A stretch of DNA of 64,000 bases from Dehalococcoidia bacterium (GTDB lineage Bacteria > Chloroflexota > Dehalococcoidia > Plut-88900), in contig CBDBLV010000004.1 in NCBI GenBank assembly GCA_965207225.1, forward strand, positions 1-64,000, in the 5' to 3' direction. This document shows positions 1 to 9,059 of this stretch, in pieces. How positions within the stretch are numbered: position 1 is the first letter of the stretch; every line of letters starts with the position of its first letter. The notes under the pieces are model-generated. The model ran no database searches, had not been told where the DNA came from, and saw nothing but the letters and a program-made list of their open reading frames with translations. Both the position numbers and the translations under genes were made by a program.

Positions 1-1
1 G

Positions 2-85
2 GCCGAAACTAACCTTGACCGAGAGGGTCTCCAGAAGCTCTTGGACAGGCTTGAGCAACTGGGGCCTCCAGAGGATGAGCAATGA
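2..85 (+). CDS. 3' end of an upstream gene (partial), possibly a CapH/XRE-like HTH regulator
   Basis: Open frame AETNLDREGLQKLLDRLEQLGPPEDEQ* ends at TGA 83-85, overlapping the ATG at 82 (ATGA). Identity is inferred only from the usual pairing of an HTH gene with an IrrE peptidase. Confidence 0.4.
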   Translation, partial: AETNLDREGLQKLLDRLEQLGPPEDEQ

Positions 86-825
86 AGGATTACCGAAGCC
101 CAAATGGAGAGCGGCGGCTCTGGTTTGAAGAGAGCGAGATTGAGGAGATCATGACACATGAGCTTCAACAGTGTGAGATGTTCCCAAGCGCTGCTATTCC
201 TCTGGTGGATGTGGAAGCCTTCTTGGAGTTGCATCTTCAAGTTAGGCTTGACCTATATTGCGAACTACGTCCTGGTTTGCTGGGAGTCAGCACATTCATC
301 GCCGGGCAGCAGCCCGTGGTTGAAATCAATCGGGACCTCACAGAGCAAGCGAACGAGAATGCCAGCCCAACTGGGCTTCTAGGGAGGTGGCGGGCCACGT
401 TGGCACATGAGGCCGCCCACGTGATCCTGCATAGACAACTCGTCGAGCGACCACAGGGACAAGGGACACTGTTCTCTCAAGGGGTGGAATCGAAGGTGGA
501 GACGACTACGACGAGATGCCTAGAACGTCACATCTGGTTTGCCCGGGGCACGGGCGACTGGAAAGAAGTACAGGCCAATCTGGGAATGGCAGCCTTGCTA
601 ATGCCAAGCGGTCCATTCACCGACCTAGCGAGACTCATTGTGGGAGCCAGACCAGCAAACGATCTTCTAGCCTATATTCCAGCAAGAGACACGCAAGCGT
701 ACGCTGGTCTGATCCGAGAGTTGTCTAGACGATGCCAAGTCTCTCAAGAAGCCGCCGGTATTCGTCTGAGCACTCTGGGATTGACTCGTTCTTCGAGTGA
801 ACCAATGTTGGGGTTGGCACCATAG
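82..825 (+). CDS. ImmA/IrrE (CapP-like) zinc metallo-endopeptidase
   Basis: RWRATLAHEAAHV (HExxH) and WKEVQANLGMAALLMP, both typical of DUF955/IrrE peptidases. Confidence 0.85.
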   Translation: MKDYRSPNGERRLWFEESEIEEIMTHELQQCEMFPSAAIPLVDVEAFLELHLQVRLDLYCELRPGLLGVSTFIAGQQPVVEINRDLTEQANENASPTGLLGRWRATLAHEAAHVILHRQLVERPQGQGTLFSQGVESKVETTTTRCLERHIWFARGTGDWKEVQANLGMAALLMPSGPFTDLARLIVGARPANDLLAYIPARDTQAYAGLIRELSRRCQVSQEAAGIRLSTLGLTRSSSEPMLGLAP

Positions 826-922
826 ACTAGAAGGGAGTGTGTATGAGCGGGAGTAGGCGTTGAGAGCAGTGGCTTAGGGTAGAAGCCGGACGAGCCTTTC
901 CAGAATATCACGGAGGTTTCCC

Positions 923-1165
923 ATGACAACAGGAAGGTACGAATTCAAAGTCAACGGGGTTGAGTTCAGGACGGACACTCCTGAGCTGACTGCATCCCAG
1001 ATTCTGGCGATTGCCATTGAGGGCAAAGCGGTTCCTAATCCTAAAGGAGCAGACACATACATTCTGCGCGGTGACAAGGGTGAGTACCAGGGAGGTACCC
1101 GGATTGACCTAACGGTCGACAACGTGTTCATAACCGTGCCGACAGGACCCACGCCTGTGGCATGA
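923..1165 (+). CDS. Ubiquitin-like (multiubiquitin/beta-grasp) protein, BubA/BilA-like
   Basis: 80 aa with FKVNG..LTASQILAIA..IDL...F pattern of multiubiquitin domains; GGAGG RBS; directly upstream of E2 and E1 genes. Confidence 0.75.
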   Translation: MTTGRYEFKVNGVEFRTDTPELTASQILAIAIEGKAVPNPKGADTYILRGDKGEYQGGTRIDLTVDNVFITVPTGPTPVA

Positions 1166-1178
1166 GTGGAGGTGAGGC

Positions 1179-1556
1179 TTGGCACCCAACGACATAAGTC
1201 GGGTCCAGTCAGAACTGGAGGAGTTAGGATACGCTCCTACACTACACAATTGGAAGCATGGTGTCGTTGTCGAATTCGACTACACCGTCGAGGTTGGCAC
1301 TCACACGGGACAGATGTTTAGGCTCGGTATGAGCTTTCAAGAGCAGGGCTATTCGGAATACCCTCCTCACTGGATACACGTGAGCCCTCCTGTGGATGAT
1401 GGCCTGGGTGGTGTACAGGAGCGATACCAAACTGCGGATGGTCGGGAGTGGATTGCCTTAAGCAGACCCCCCAGCGATATATGGGACAATCTGCCGGTCA
1501 AGAACATGAGGCACTACCTTGACGAGCATATACGGCGATTCTGGAGTCGGATGTGA
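1179..1556 (+). CDS. Prokaryotic E2/UBC-like protein (family E, BubB-like), cysteine-free
   Basis: YSEYPPHWIHV and WIALSRPPSDIW motifs; no Cys in 125 aa; TTG start after GGAGGTGAGG. Confidence 0.75.
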   Translation: MAPNDISRVQSELEELGYAPTLHNWKHGVVVEFDYTVEVGTHTGQMFRLGMSFQEQGYSEYPPHWIHVSPPVDDGLGGVQERYQTADGREWIALSRPPSDIWDNLPVKNMRHYLDEHIRRFWSRM

Positions 1557-3019
1557 TCTTTGACGTTGCTATGCTCGCTGAAGTTGATGGAGTGGCGATA
1601 GGTCACTTGCTTCAGCATTACAGGCACGGCGAGGGCCAAGAAGACTTGTGCTTCGCTTTGTGGCGACCATCGATAGGGAGCAGTAAGTACTCCGGGATCA
1701 TCTACCGGGTCATCCTGCCTCAGCATGAAGACCGTGAATTGCACGGCAACGCCAGCTTCCAGCCTGCATACCTCACTCGGGCTCTTGATATGGCACGACA
1801 AGAGAAGGCAGGGTTGGCATTTATGCACAGCCATCCCAGTCAGGGATGGCAGGGAATGAGTGGATCTGATGTGAGAGCCGAACGAGATGTTCTTGCGTAT
1901 CCGGCTGGCGCTACTGGACTTCCACTGCTTGGCCTCACTGTCGGTACCGACGGCTACTGGAGCGCTCGATTCTGGGAGCGGGCCGAGGGAGAGATGATGA
2001 GGCGGGAATGTGAGAGGGTCAGAGTTGTAGGAGCCGATTCTTATCGAGTGTACTTCGACAACAGAATTTTCCCGCCACCTGATCGAAGTGAAGTTCTCAA
2101 GCGCACCATCGACACTTGGGGAGAAGAGGCCCAACAGAACATCGCACGCCTGAAGGTAGGGATTGTTGGTTTGGGAAGCGTGGGATGTATCGTCGCTGAA
2201 GGCCTTGCCAGAATCGGCATATCAAGTTTCACACTGATCGACCATGATCTAGTAGAAGAACACAATCTCGACCGGCTACTATACTCTACGGAACGTGATA
2301 TCGGGACACATAAGGTTGATTTAGCGAACCGGAAGATACGACGACACGCTACAGCCAAGGACGTCCAAGTAATTGCCTTGCCAATGTCGATTCGAGAGCG
2401 AACCGCCTACAAGGCAGCCATTGACTGCGATCTACTATTCAGTTGCGTTGACCGTCCAGTCGGGCGAGATGTGCTCAACTATATTGCTTATACCCATTTG
2501 ATTCCGGTTATAGATGGGGGCGTGGATGCTGGTCCTCTCAACAGCCATCTTCTCCTAACACACTGGCGGGCTCACTTGGTAGGTCCGGGTAATCAGTGCA
2601 TGCGCTGCATCGGTCAATACAGCACGAGTGATGTCTCAATGGAGTTGGACGGATCACTTGATGACCCTTCTTACATTACTGCTTTACCAGCCGAAGTTCG
2701 GATGAACAACCAGAATGTATTCCCTTTCAGTCTTGGAGTAGCAAGCATGCAACTGAACTTGATGCTCAGGTATATCCTAGCCCAAGACTGGTGGCCCGCC
2801 ATCAAGCAACAGGACTATCGATTTGTTACACAAGATATTGGTTTCCCGACCGGAAGTTGCCGCCCAAATTGCGAGTTTCCTTCACGGGTTGCTTTGGGAG
2901 ACTCAATTGCTCCATTCTACTTGGTGGAAAAGACAAAGACTCACAGATACTCCCCGAAGTCAATTCTGTATACATGCCTTAGCCGGGTAAGAGCGTTTCT
3001 GAGAGGTAGGCGCAACTGA
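1553..3019 (+). CDS. JAB/MPN peptidase domain fused to ThiF/E1 adenylation domain (BubCD-like)
   Basis: N-terminal EDLCF...HSHPSQGWQGMSGSD (JAB motif); ThiF motifs VGLGSVG, IDHDLVEEHNLDRL, FSCVD, CMRC; GTGA overlap with the E2 gene. Confidence 0.85.
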   Translation: MIFDVAMLAEVDGVAIGHLLQHYRHGEGQEDLCFALWRPSIGSSKYSGIIYRVILPQHEDRELHGNASFQPAYLTRALDMARQEKAGLAFMHSHPSQGWQGMSGSDVRAERDVLAYPAGATGLPLLGLTVGTDGYWSARFWERAEGEMMRRECERVRVVGADSYRVYFDNRIFPPPDRSEVLKRTIDTWGEEAQQNIARLKVGIVGLGSVGCIVAEGLARIGISSFTLIDHDLVEEHNLDRLLYSTERDIGTHKVDLANRKIRRHATAKDVQVIALPMSIRERTAYKAAIDCDLLFSCVDRPVGRDVLNYIAYTHLIPVIDGGVDAGPLNSHLLLTHWRAHLVGPGNQCMRCIGQYSTSDVSMELDGSLDDPSYITALPAEVRMNNQNVFPFSLGVASMQLNLMLRYILAQDWWPAIKQQDYRFVTQDIGFPTGSCRPNCEFPSRVALGDSIAPFYLVEKTKTHRYSPKSILYTCLSRVRAFLRGRRN

Positions 3020-3079
3020 TAGTGCATACCTATTCCAGTACACTAAGGGCCGGTGGTAGAATACCCTGAGGAGTATACC

Positions 3080-5830
3080 ATGCCTCCACGTAGGAGATCA
3101 CCACAATCCAAGCGTCCCATTGAGTCCTATGACCACCGGGACAAGGAAAGACTGAACAACCCACCCGTCGGACTAGTCACGCCGGAGACTGACCGGGACG
3201 CGGGACGGAAGACCTACGCCTACGACCCCCATCTGGACCCGCAGCTCCAGTGGGCGGGAAAGGCGGAGCATACCTCCTTTCAGGTTCCCACGGTCTCTCT
3301 CCATGTACACGAGCGCATCGACCCCCGCACCATCATTGAGGCTACCCGCAGGCGCAACGGCAACGGCGCTCCGGTACAGGGCAGTCTCTTTGAGCTGCCG
3401 GAGGAGAACCCCCCGGTCCGCAACGCCATCGAGTTCTACCAGCACCGTCACAACTGGACCAACCGCCTCGTAGCTGGCGATAGCCTATTGGTGATGAACA
3501 GCCTGCTGGGGAAGGAGGGCATGGCCGGCAAAGTGCAGATGGTCTACATCGACCCTCCTTATGGAATCCGGTATGGCTCTAACTTCCAGCCTTTCGTGAA
3601 CCGTCGAGACGTGAAGGATGGCAAGGATGAGGACCTGACCCAGGAGCCGGAAACCATTAAGGCCTTCCGCGACACCTGGGAACTAGGCATCCACTCCTAT
3701 CTGTCCTATCTACGGGACCGTCTGCTGCTAGCGCGGGAGATGCTAAGTGAGACAGGTAGCGTTTTCGTGCAGATTTCCGACGAGAACGTCCATCTGGTTC
3801 GAGAACTCATGGATGAGATTCTTGGCCCCGAACAGTTCATGTCTCTTATATCGTTCAGGACAAAGATCCCACTGAACGCAGCCTTCTTGCCCAATATAGC
3901 AGATTTCTTGATTTGGTATGCCAAAGACAAGGATAAGGTAAAGTTCCGACGGTTGTTCACAACTCGTAATTTCGGTGAGGAAACACAATTCTCTAACGCA
4001 CAGCTGGAGGATGGCGCTGTAACAAAGGCATCTGAAGTGCCCGAATCTGAAATCGAGTCTACTCGCTACTTCACCCTCATTGATCTCATGGCAACCGGTT
4101 ATACCGAATCATGCCACTTTGAGTTTTTCCTAGAAGGAAGGAGAGCGTACCCCAACCCTACTACAAGCTGGAAGACTACACCTGAAGGAATGCAGCGACT
4201 GATTGCCGCCAACAGGGTCCGATGGCAAAGGACTGTGCCAAGATATGTCTTTTTCGCAGACGACTACCCTGTCATGCAAATCACCAACCAATGGACAGAT
4301 ACGCAGGGGGCAGTTGGCAAAACATTCGCCGTCCAAACCTCCTCAAAGGTCATTGAGCGTTGTCTCCTGATGACTACCGACCCTGGCGACTTGGTGTTCG
4401 ACCCTACCTGCGGCTCCGGCACCACCGCCCATGTCGCCGAGCAATGGGGCCGTCGCTGGATCACGTGCGATACATCCCGTGTGGCGATAGCTCTTGCCAA
4501 GCAGCGATTGGTGACCGCCCTTTACGACTACTATGAGTTGGCCCATCCAAGCGAGGGAGTGGGTAGCGGCTTCAACTACAAGACTGTCCCCCACATCACT
4601 TTGGGTTCCATCGCTAACAACCCCGACATCAAAGAGGGCATGACCCAAGAGGACATCGACAAGGCCATCGCCCGCCACGCTCCCCAGGAGACACTGTACG
4701 ACCAGCCTTTGGTGGACACGGGCAAAAGGCGGGTGACCGGTCCCTTCAGTGTCGAGGCTGTCCCCGCACCGGCGGTCAAGCCCATCGACGACATTGACGT
4801 TGCCGAGCCGCTGCCCGCCGATGACACGGTGGCCCGCTCTGGCGAAACACTGCGCCAGTCAGACTGGCGGGAGGAGCTGCTAAAGACGGGCATCCGTGGT
4901 AAGGCAGGGCAGTTCATTCGCTTCGCCAGGTTGGAGCCTTTGCCGGACCATCGCCATCTACACGCCGATGGCGAGTCGTTGCCCAACGCCGACGGCGCCC
5001 AGAGCATTCGGGAAGGCCCAGCGCGGGCATCACAGCGTGTTGTCGTATCTTTCGGACCTGAGCACGCGCCGTTGGAGCCGCGTCAGGTGAACCAAGCCTT
5101 GCAGGAAGCCGAAACCCTAAGGCCGAGTCCTCGTATCATCGTCTTCGCTGCCTTCCAGTTCGACCCCGAAGCAGCGAAAGACATCGACGAAACCAACTGG
5201 CCCGGCATGACCCTGCTGAAGGCGCAAATGAATGCTGACCTACTCACTGAGGATCTGAAGCGCAAGCGAGCGAGCAATGAGAGCTTCTGGCTCATCGGCC
5301 AGCCGGATGTGCAGGTTGAGGCCATCGCTAATGGTAAAGACGCGGGAAAGCGCCGCGTTAGTGTCCAGGGGTTCGATTACTACAACACCAAGAGCGGCGA
5401 TGTGGAGTCGGGTGGACAGGACAAGATAGCGATGTGGATGCTAGACACGGACTACGACGGTCGCAGCCTTTATCCTCGGCAAGTGTTCTTTCCCATGTCT
5501 GGCAGCAACGATGGATGGACTCGCCTGGTCAGGAACCTCAAAGCGGAGATAGACGAGGAGCTAATCGAGGCTTATCGGGGCACCCTATCTCTGCCCTTCG
5601 AGCCGGGAGAGAATCGGCGGATAGCGGTCAAGATCATCGACGACCGGGGTATCGAGAGCCTGAAGGTGATTGGGTTGGACGCCGAACCTAAAGTAACGAA
5701 GTCCAGTAGAACTCTGGAGGATATTTTCGTAGCGCGCTTCAATGACATCCCTCAAGAGGAATGGGATCGGCTGCCGCACGACTTGATTGACAACCTGGAT
5801 CACTACACCGCTGGCGCGGATCGTCGATGA
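3080..5830 (+). CDS. mod: Type III R-M adenine methyltransferase (Mod) with a C-terminal VapB-like antitoxin extension
   Basis: YIDPPYG catalytic motif and FDPTCGSGTT SAM motif; ATG 3080 follows GAGGAG; the usual end (GIESLKVI) is followed by ~50 extra aa ending EEWDRLPHDLIDNLDHYTAG. Confidence 0.9.
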   Translation: MPPRRRSPQSKRPIESYDHRDKERLNNPPVGLVTPETDRDAGRKTYAYDPHLDPQLQWAGKAEHTSFQVPTVSLHVHERIDPRTIIEATRRRNGNGAPVQGSLFELPEENPPVRNAIEFYQHRHNWTNRLVAGDSLLVMNSLLGKEGMAGKVQMVYIDPPYGIRYGSNFQPFVNRRDVKDGKDEDLTQEPETIKAFRDTWELGIHSYLSYLRDRLLLAREMLSETGSVFVQISDENVHLVRELMDEILGPEQFMSLISFRTKIPLNAAFLPNIADFLIWYAKDKDKVKFRRLFTTRNFGEETQFSNAQLEDGAVTKASEVPESEIESTRYFTLIDLMATGYTESCHFEFFLEGRRAYPNPTTSWKTTPEGMQRLIAANRVRWQRTVPRYVFFADDYPVMQITNQWTDTQGAVGKTFAVQTSSKVIERCLLMTTDPGDLVFDPTCGSGTTAHVAEQWGRRWITCDTSRVAIALAKQRLVTALYDYYELAHPSEGVGSGFNYKTVPHITLGSIANNPDIKEGMTQEDIDKAIARHAPQETLYDQPLVDTGKRRVTGPFSVEAVPAPAVKPIDDIDVAEPLPADDTVARSGETLRQSDWREELLKTGIRGKAGQFIRFARLEPLPDHRHLHADGESLPNADGAQSIREGPARASQRVVVSFGPEHAPLEPRQVNQALQEAETLRPSPRIIVFAAFQFDPEAAKDIDETNWPGMTLLKAQMNADLLTEDLKRKRASNESFWLIGQPDVQVEAIANGKDAGKRRVSVQGFDYYNTKSGDVESGGQDKIAMWMLDTDYDGRSLYPRQVFFPMSGSNDGWTRLVRNLKAEIDEELIEAYRGTLSLPFEPGENRRIAVKIIDDRGIESLKVIGLDAEPKVTKSSRTLEDIFVARFNDIPQEEWDRLPHDLIDNLDHYTAGADRR

Positions 5831-6246
5831 CTGAAATCTTCGTGGACACCGCATATCTCATAGCCCTAGCCAGGCGTCACGACCAATGGCACGACACGGC
5901 GCTCGCCGCTCGGAATAGACTTGGTGAAGTACCCTTGGTGACGACAGACGAGGTGCTCACTGAGTTCTTGACTGCGATGTCGAACGCCGGTCCGGGGTTG
6001 CGAGGGGACGCCGCGGGTACGGTCAGAGAGATCCTGGAGGCCGGCGCAATTAGAATTGTAGCTCAGACACGCCAGTCCTTCCTTGAAGGGCTCGACAGAT
6101 ACGAGAAGCGTCTCGATAAAGACTATAGCCTTCAGGACTGCATCTCTATGAATGTGATGGAGGCAGAGGGAATTACCGAGATTCTCACCAGCGACCACAA
6201 CTTCGAGCAGGAAGGCTTTACCATCCTGATGAAGCAGGACAGGTAG
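5827..6246 (+). CDS. vapC: PIN-domain (VapC) ribonuclease toxin
   Basis: IFVDTAYLIAL, TTDEVLTEF, YSLQDCISM and LTSDHNFEQEGF acidic PIN motifs; ATGA overlap with mod. Confidence 0.9.
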   Translation: MTEIFVDTAYLIALARRHDQWHDTALAARNRLGEVPLVTTDEVLTEFLTAMSNAGPGLRGDAAGTVREILEAGAIRIVAQTRQSFLEGLDRYEKRLDKDYSLQDCISMNVMEAEGITEILTSDHNFEQEGFTILMKQDR

Positions 6247-6254
6247 GGGCCGCG

Positions 6255-9059
6255 ATGGAACAGTCAACGATAGACCGGCTCATCATCAACAAGCCGTATG
6301 AGGAGCCGAAGGAGTACTGGAACTACAATCGGGAGACACGTAAGTTCTGTCGGAAACCTGGCCGCCGTCCTGCGGGCTACCTGATAGCGTCTGGGGACTC
6401 CAAGACTTTCGACGATCCAGGTGTCTTCGTCGAAATCCCTCTGGTCAACCAGATACGGCCGCGGGTAAAGGATTGGAGTGACGCCGGGTATCCTGGCGTC
6501 ACCGCCATCACCAAGCGCCTGTTGGAGCACTGGACAGACCCGGAAGAATTCGAGAGCCGTCGATTCTTCTTCTGTCAGATCGAAGCTGCCGAGACGCTCA
6601 TCTGGCTCGCCGAAGCCCCAGACAGCGAGAAGGTAGGCATCGACATCCCTGGCGACGGTGGAGAGTTCTGGCGCCTATGCGCCAAGATGGCCACCGGGAC
6701 GGGCAAGACCGTTGTAATGGCGATGCTCATTGCTTGGCACATCTTGAACAAGGTCTCATATCCCCAGGACACCCGGTTCGCCAAGAACGTGCTGGTGGTT
6801 GCCCCTGGACTCACCATCAGGAGCCGTCTTGCGGTCCTGGAACCATCCCACGAGGACAACTACTACGAGGCTTTCCGTGTTGTACCTTCATCCCTACTGG
6901 ACCGGCTCCGCCAAGGGAAGGTCATTGTCCGAAACTGGCACGCCCTCAACTGGGAGACCGAGGATCAGATTAGGAGAAAGCGGAGCGTGGACAAGCGCGG
7001 GGCAAAGAGTGACGAAGCCTACGTTCGCGATGTGCTGGGCGACATGGCCGGAGCACGAAACCTGCTAGTCATCAACGATGAGGCGCACCATGCCTGGAGA
7101 GTGCCCGCCGAGTCCAAGGTGAAGGGCGTTGCCAAGGCGGACATCGAGGAGGCGACCAAGTGGGTTGGCGGCCTGGACCGGATTCATCGAGCGCGGGGCA
7201 TCCTCACTTGCTTTGACTTCTCGGCCACACCCTTTGCTCCTTCCGGCAAGAGGAGTTCCGAAGAAGCGCTGTTCGACTGGATAGTAAGTGACTTTGGACT
7301 GAACGACGCCATCGAGTCCGGGTTGGTCAAGACGCCGAGGGTCGTGATTCGGGACGACACACCGGTTGATGCCAAGACCTACAGGTCGCGCCTCTACCAC
7401 ATCTACAACGACCCGGAGGTGAAGGACGATCTGAATCGCCGTGCCCAGCCCCACGAACCGTTGCCCGACTTAGTGACCAATGGATACTATCTGCTTGGCT
7501 ATGACTGGAGAGAGGCCGCCAGAGAGTGGCAAGAAGCCAAGCTCAAGACACCACCGGTAATGATCACCGTCGCCAACCGCACTGAGACCGCAGCCAGAGT
7601 CAAACACGCCTTTGACCGCAAGCGAGTCCTTATAGACGAGCTCTGTGACCCGGACCGTACGTTGCACATCGACTCCGGCGTTCTGAAGAGAGCCGAAGAG
7701 TCCGAGGAACCGATAGCCGAGATCATGCCGGACGATGAGGATGAATCTGACAACGGTGCTGTCAGTCCCAAGCTCACTAGAGACCAGATGGCCGAGCAGT
7801 TGCGAAAGATGGTGGACACCGTGGGACGGCCCGGGCAGCCCGGTGAGCGGGTACAGAACGTCATTTCAGTGGGAATGCTCTCCGAGGGCTGGGACGCCAA
7901 GACCGTGACACACATCATGGGTCTGAGGGCCTTCACCAGCCAACTGTTGTGCGAGCAGGTGGTCGGGCGAGGTCTCAGGCGCACGTCTTACGATGTGAAT
8001 CCAGAGACAGAGATGTTTGACCCTGAGTACGTCAACATTTTCGGTGTGCCGTTCACCTTCCTTCCCCACGAAGGGGGCGAGAGTGGGCCTCCGAAGCCTC
8101 CCTCACCCAAGACGGCTATTGAGCCAGTACCGGAAAAGGCCCCGTTCGAGATCAAGTGGCCCAACATCATCCGCATTGAGCATGTCTATCGCCCCAGACT
8201 GACCTTGGATTGGAATCAGGTAGAACGTTTGGAGCTCAATGCCAGTGAAACGGCGCAAGTGGCCGAGCTTGCCCCGGTAGTGGATGGCAAGCCCGACGTG
8301 TCCAAGCTGACCAGCATCGACCTAGAGGCGTTGGCCCACGAGTACCGGACTCAGAAGATAATTTTCGAGACCGCACGGGACGTGTTTGACCTGATGAAGC
8401 CGTCCTGGGCAGGGAGCCGTGAGTCGCTCATCGCCCAGTTGGTGAAGCTGGTAGAGCAGTTCCTTCTATCGGGCAGCCTGGGTATTACTCCTCCCCTCTT
8501 CTATCAGGACGACATGCGCCGTCGCCTTATGATCACATTAAACATGACGAAGGTGGTGCAGCACGTATGGGATGCTGTCCGCGTCGAGAACACGGAACGA
8601 CTTGAGCCGGTGTTCGACCGCGACCACCCAATACGCTCTACTGCGAACATGGCAACCTGGTACACAGGCAAGCCGTGCAACCTAACGGACCGCAGCCATA
8701 TCAACATGTGCGTCTACGACAGCACTTGGGAAGCCTCGGAAGCTTTTGAGTTGGATTACAACCGTCTAGTGAATGCCTGGGTCAAGAACGACCACCTGGG
8801 CTTCGAGGTGCTCTACGTCTACCGTGGTGTGGTGCGGAAGTACCGACCGGATTTCATCATTCGCCTGAGATCAGGAAACACGCTGATCCTGGAGACCAAG
8901 GGGCAACCAGATGAGCAAAGCTACTCAAAGCACCGCGCTCTGGAGCAATGGATTGAGGCCGTCAACCAGCACGGCGGATTCGGCCGCTGGTCAGCAGATG
9001 TTTCTTATAGCCCAGGGGACATCAAGGACATCTTGGCGAAGCACGGTGCTGTCGAATGA
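6255..9059 (+). CDS. res: Type III restriction endonuclease Res subunit (SF2 helicase plus PD-(D/E)xK nuclease)
   Basis: KMATGTGKT, INDEAHH, FSATP, QVVGRGLRR; C-terminal YRPDFII...ILETKG. Confidence 0.9.
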   Translation: MEQSTIDRLIINKPYEEPKEYWNYNRETRKFCRKPGRRPAGYLIASGDSKTFDDPGVFVEIPLVNQIRPRVKDWSDAGYPGVTAITKRLLEHWTDPEEFESRRFFFCQIEAAETLIWLAEAPDSEKVGIDIPGDGGEFWRLCAKMATGTGKTVVMAMLIAWHILNKVSYPQDTRFAKNVLVVAPGLTIRSRLAVLEPSHEDNYYEAFRVVPSSLLDRLRQGKVIVRNWHALNWETEDQIRRKRSVDKRGAKSDEAYVRDVLGDMAGARNLLVINDEAHHAWRVPAESKVKGVAKADIEEATKWVGGLDRIHRARGILTCFDFSATPFAPSGKRSSEEALFDWIVSDFGLNDAIESGLVKTPRVVIRDDTPVDAKTYRSRLYHIYNDPEVKDDLNRRAQPHEPLPDLVTNGYYLLGYDWREAAREWQEAKLKTPPVMITVANRTETAARVKHAFDRKRVLIDELCDPDRTLHIDSGVLKRAEESEEPIAEIMPDDEDESDNGAVSPKLTRDQMAEQLRKMVDTVGRPGQPGERVQNVISVGMLSEGWDAKTVTHIMGLRAFTSQLLCEQVVGRGLRRTSYDVNPETEMFDPEYVNIFGVPFTFLPHEGGESGPPKPPSPKTAIEPVPEKAPFEIKWPNIIRIEHVYRPRLTLDWNQVERLELNASETAQVAELAPVVDGKPDVSKLTSIDLEALAHEYRTQKIIFETARDVFDLMKPSWAGSRESLIAQLVKLVEQFLLSGSLGITPPLFYQDDMRRRLMITLNMTKVVQHVWDAVRVENTERLEPVFDRDHPIRSTANMATWYTGKPCNLTDRSHINMCVYDSTWEASEAFELDYNRLVNAWVKNDHLGFEVLYVYRGVVRKYRPDFIIRLRSGNTLILETKGQPDEQSYSKHRALEQWIEAVNQHGGFGRWSADVSYSPGDIKDILAKHGAVE

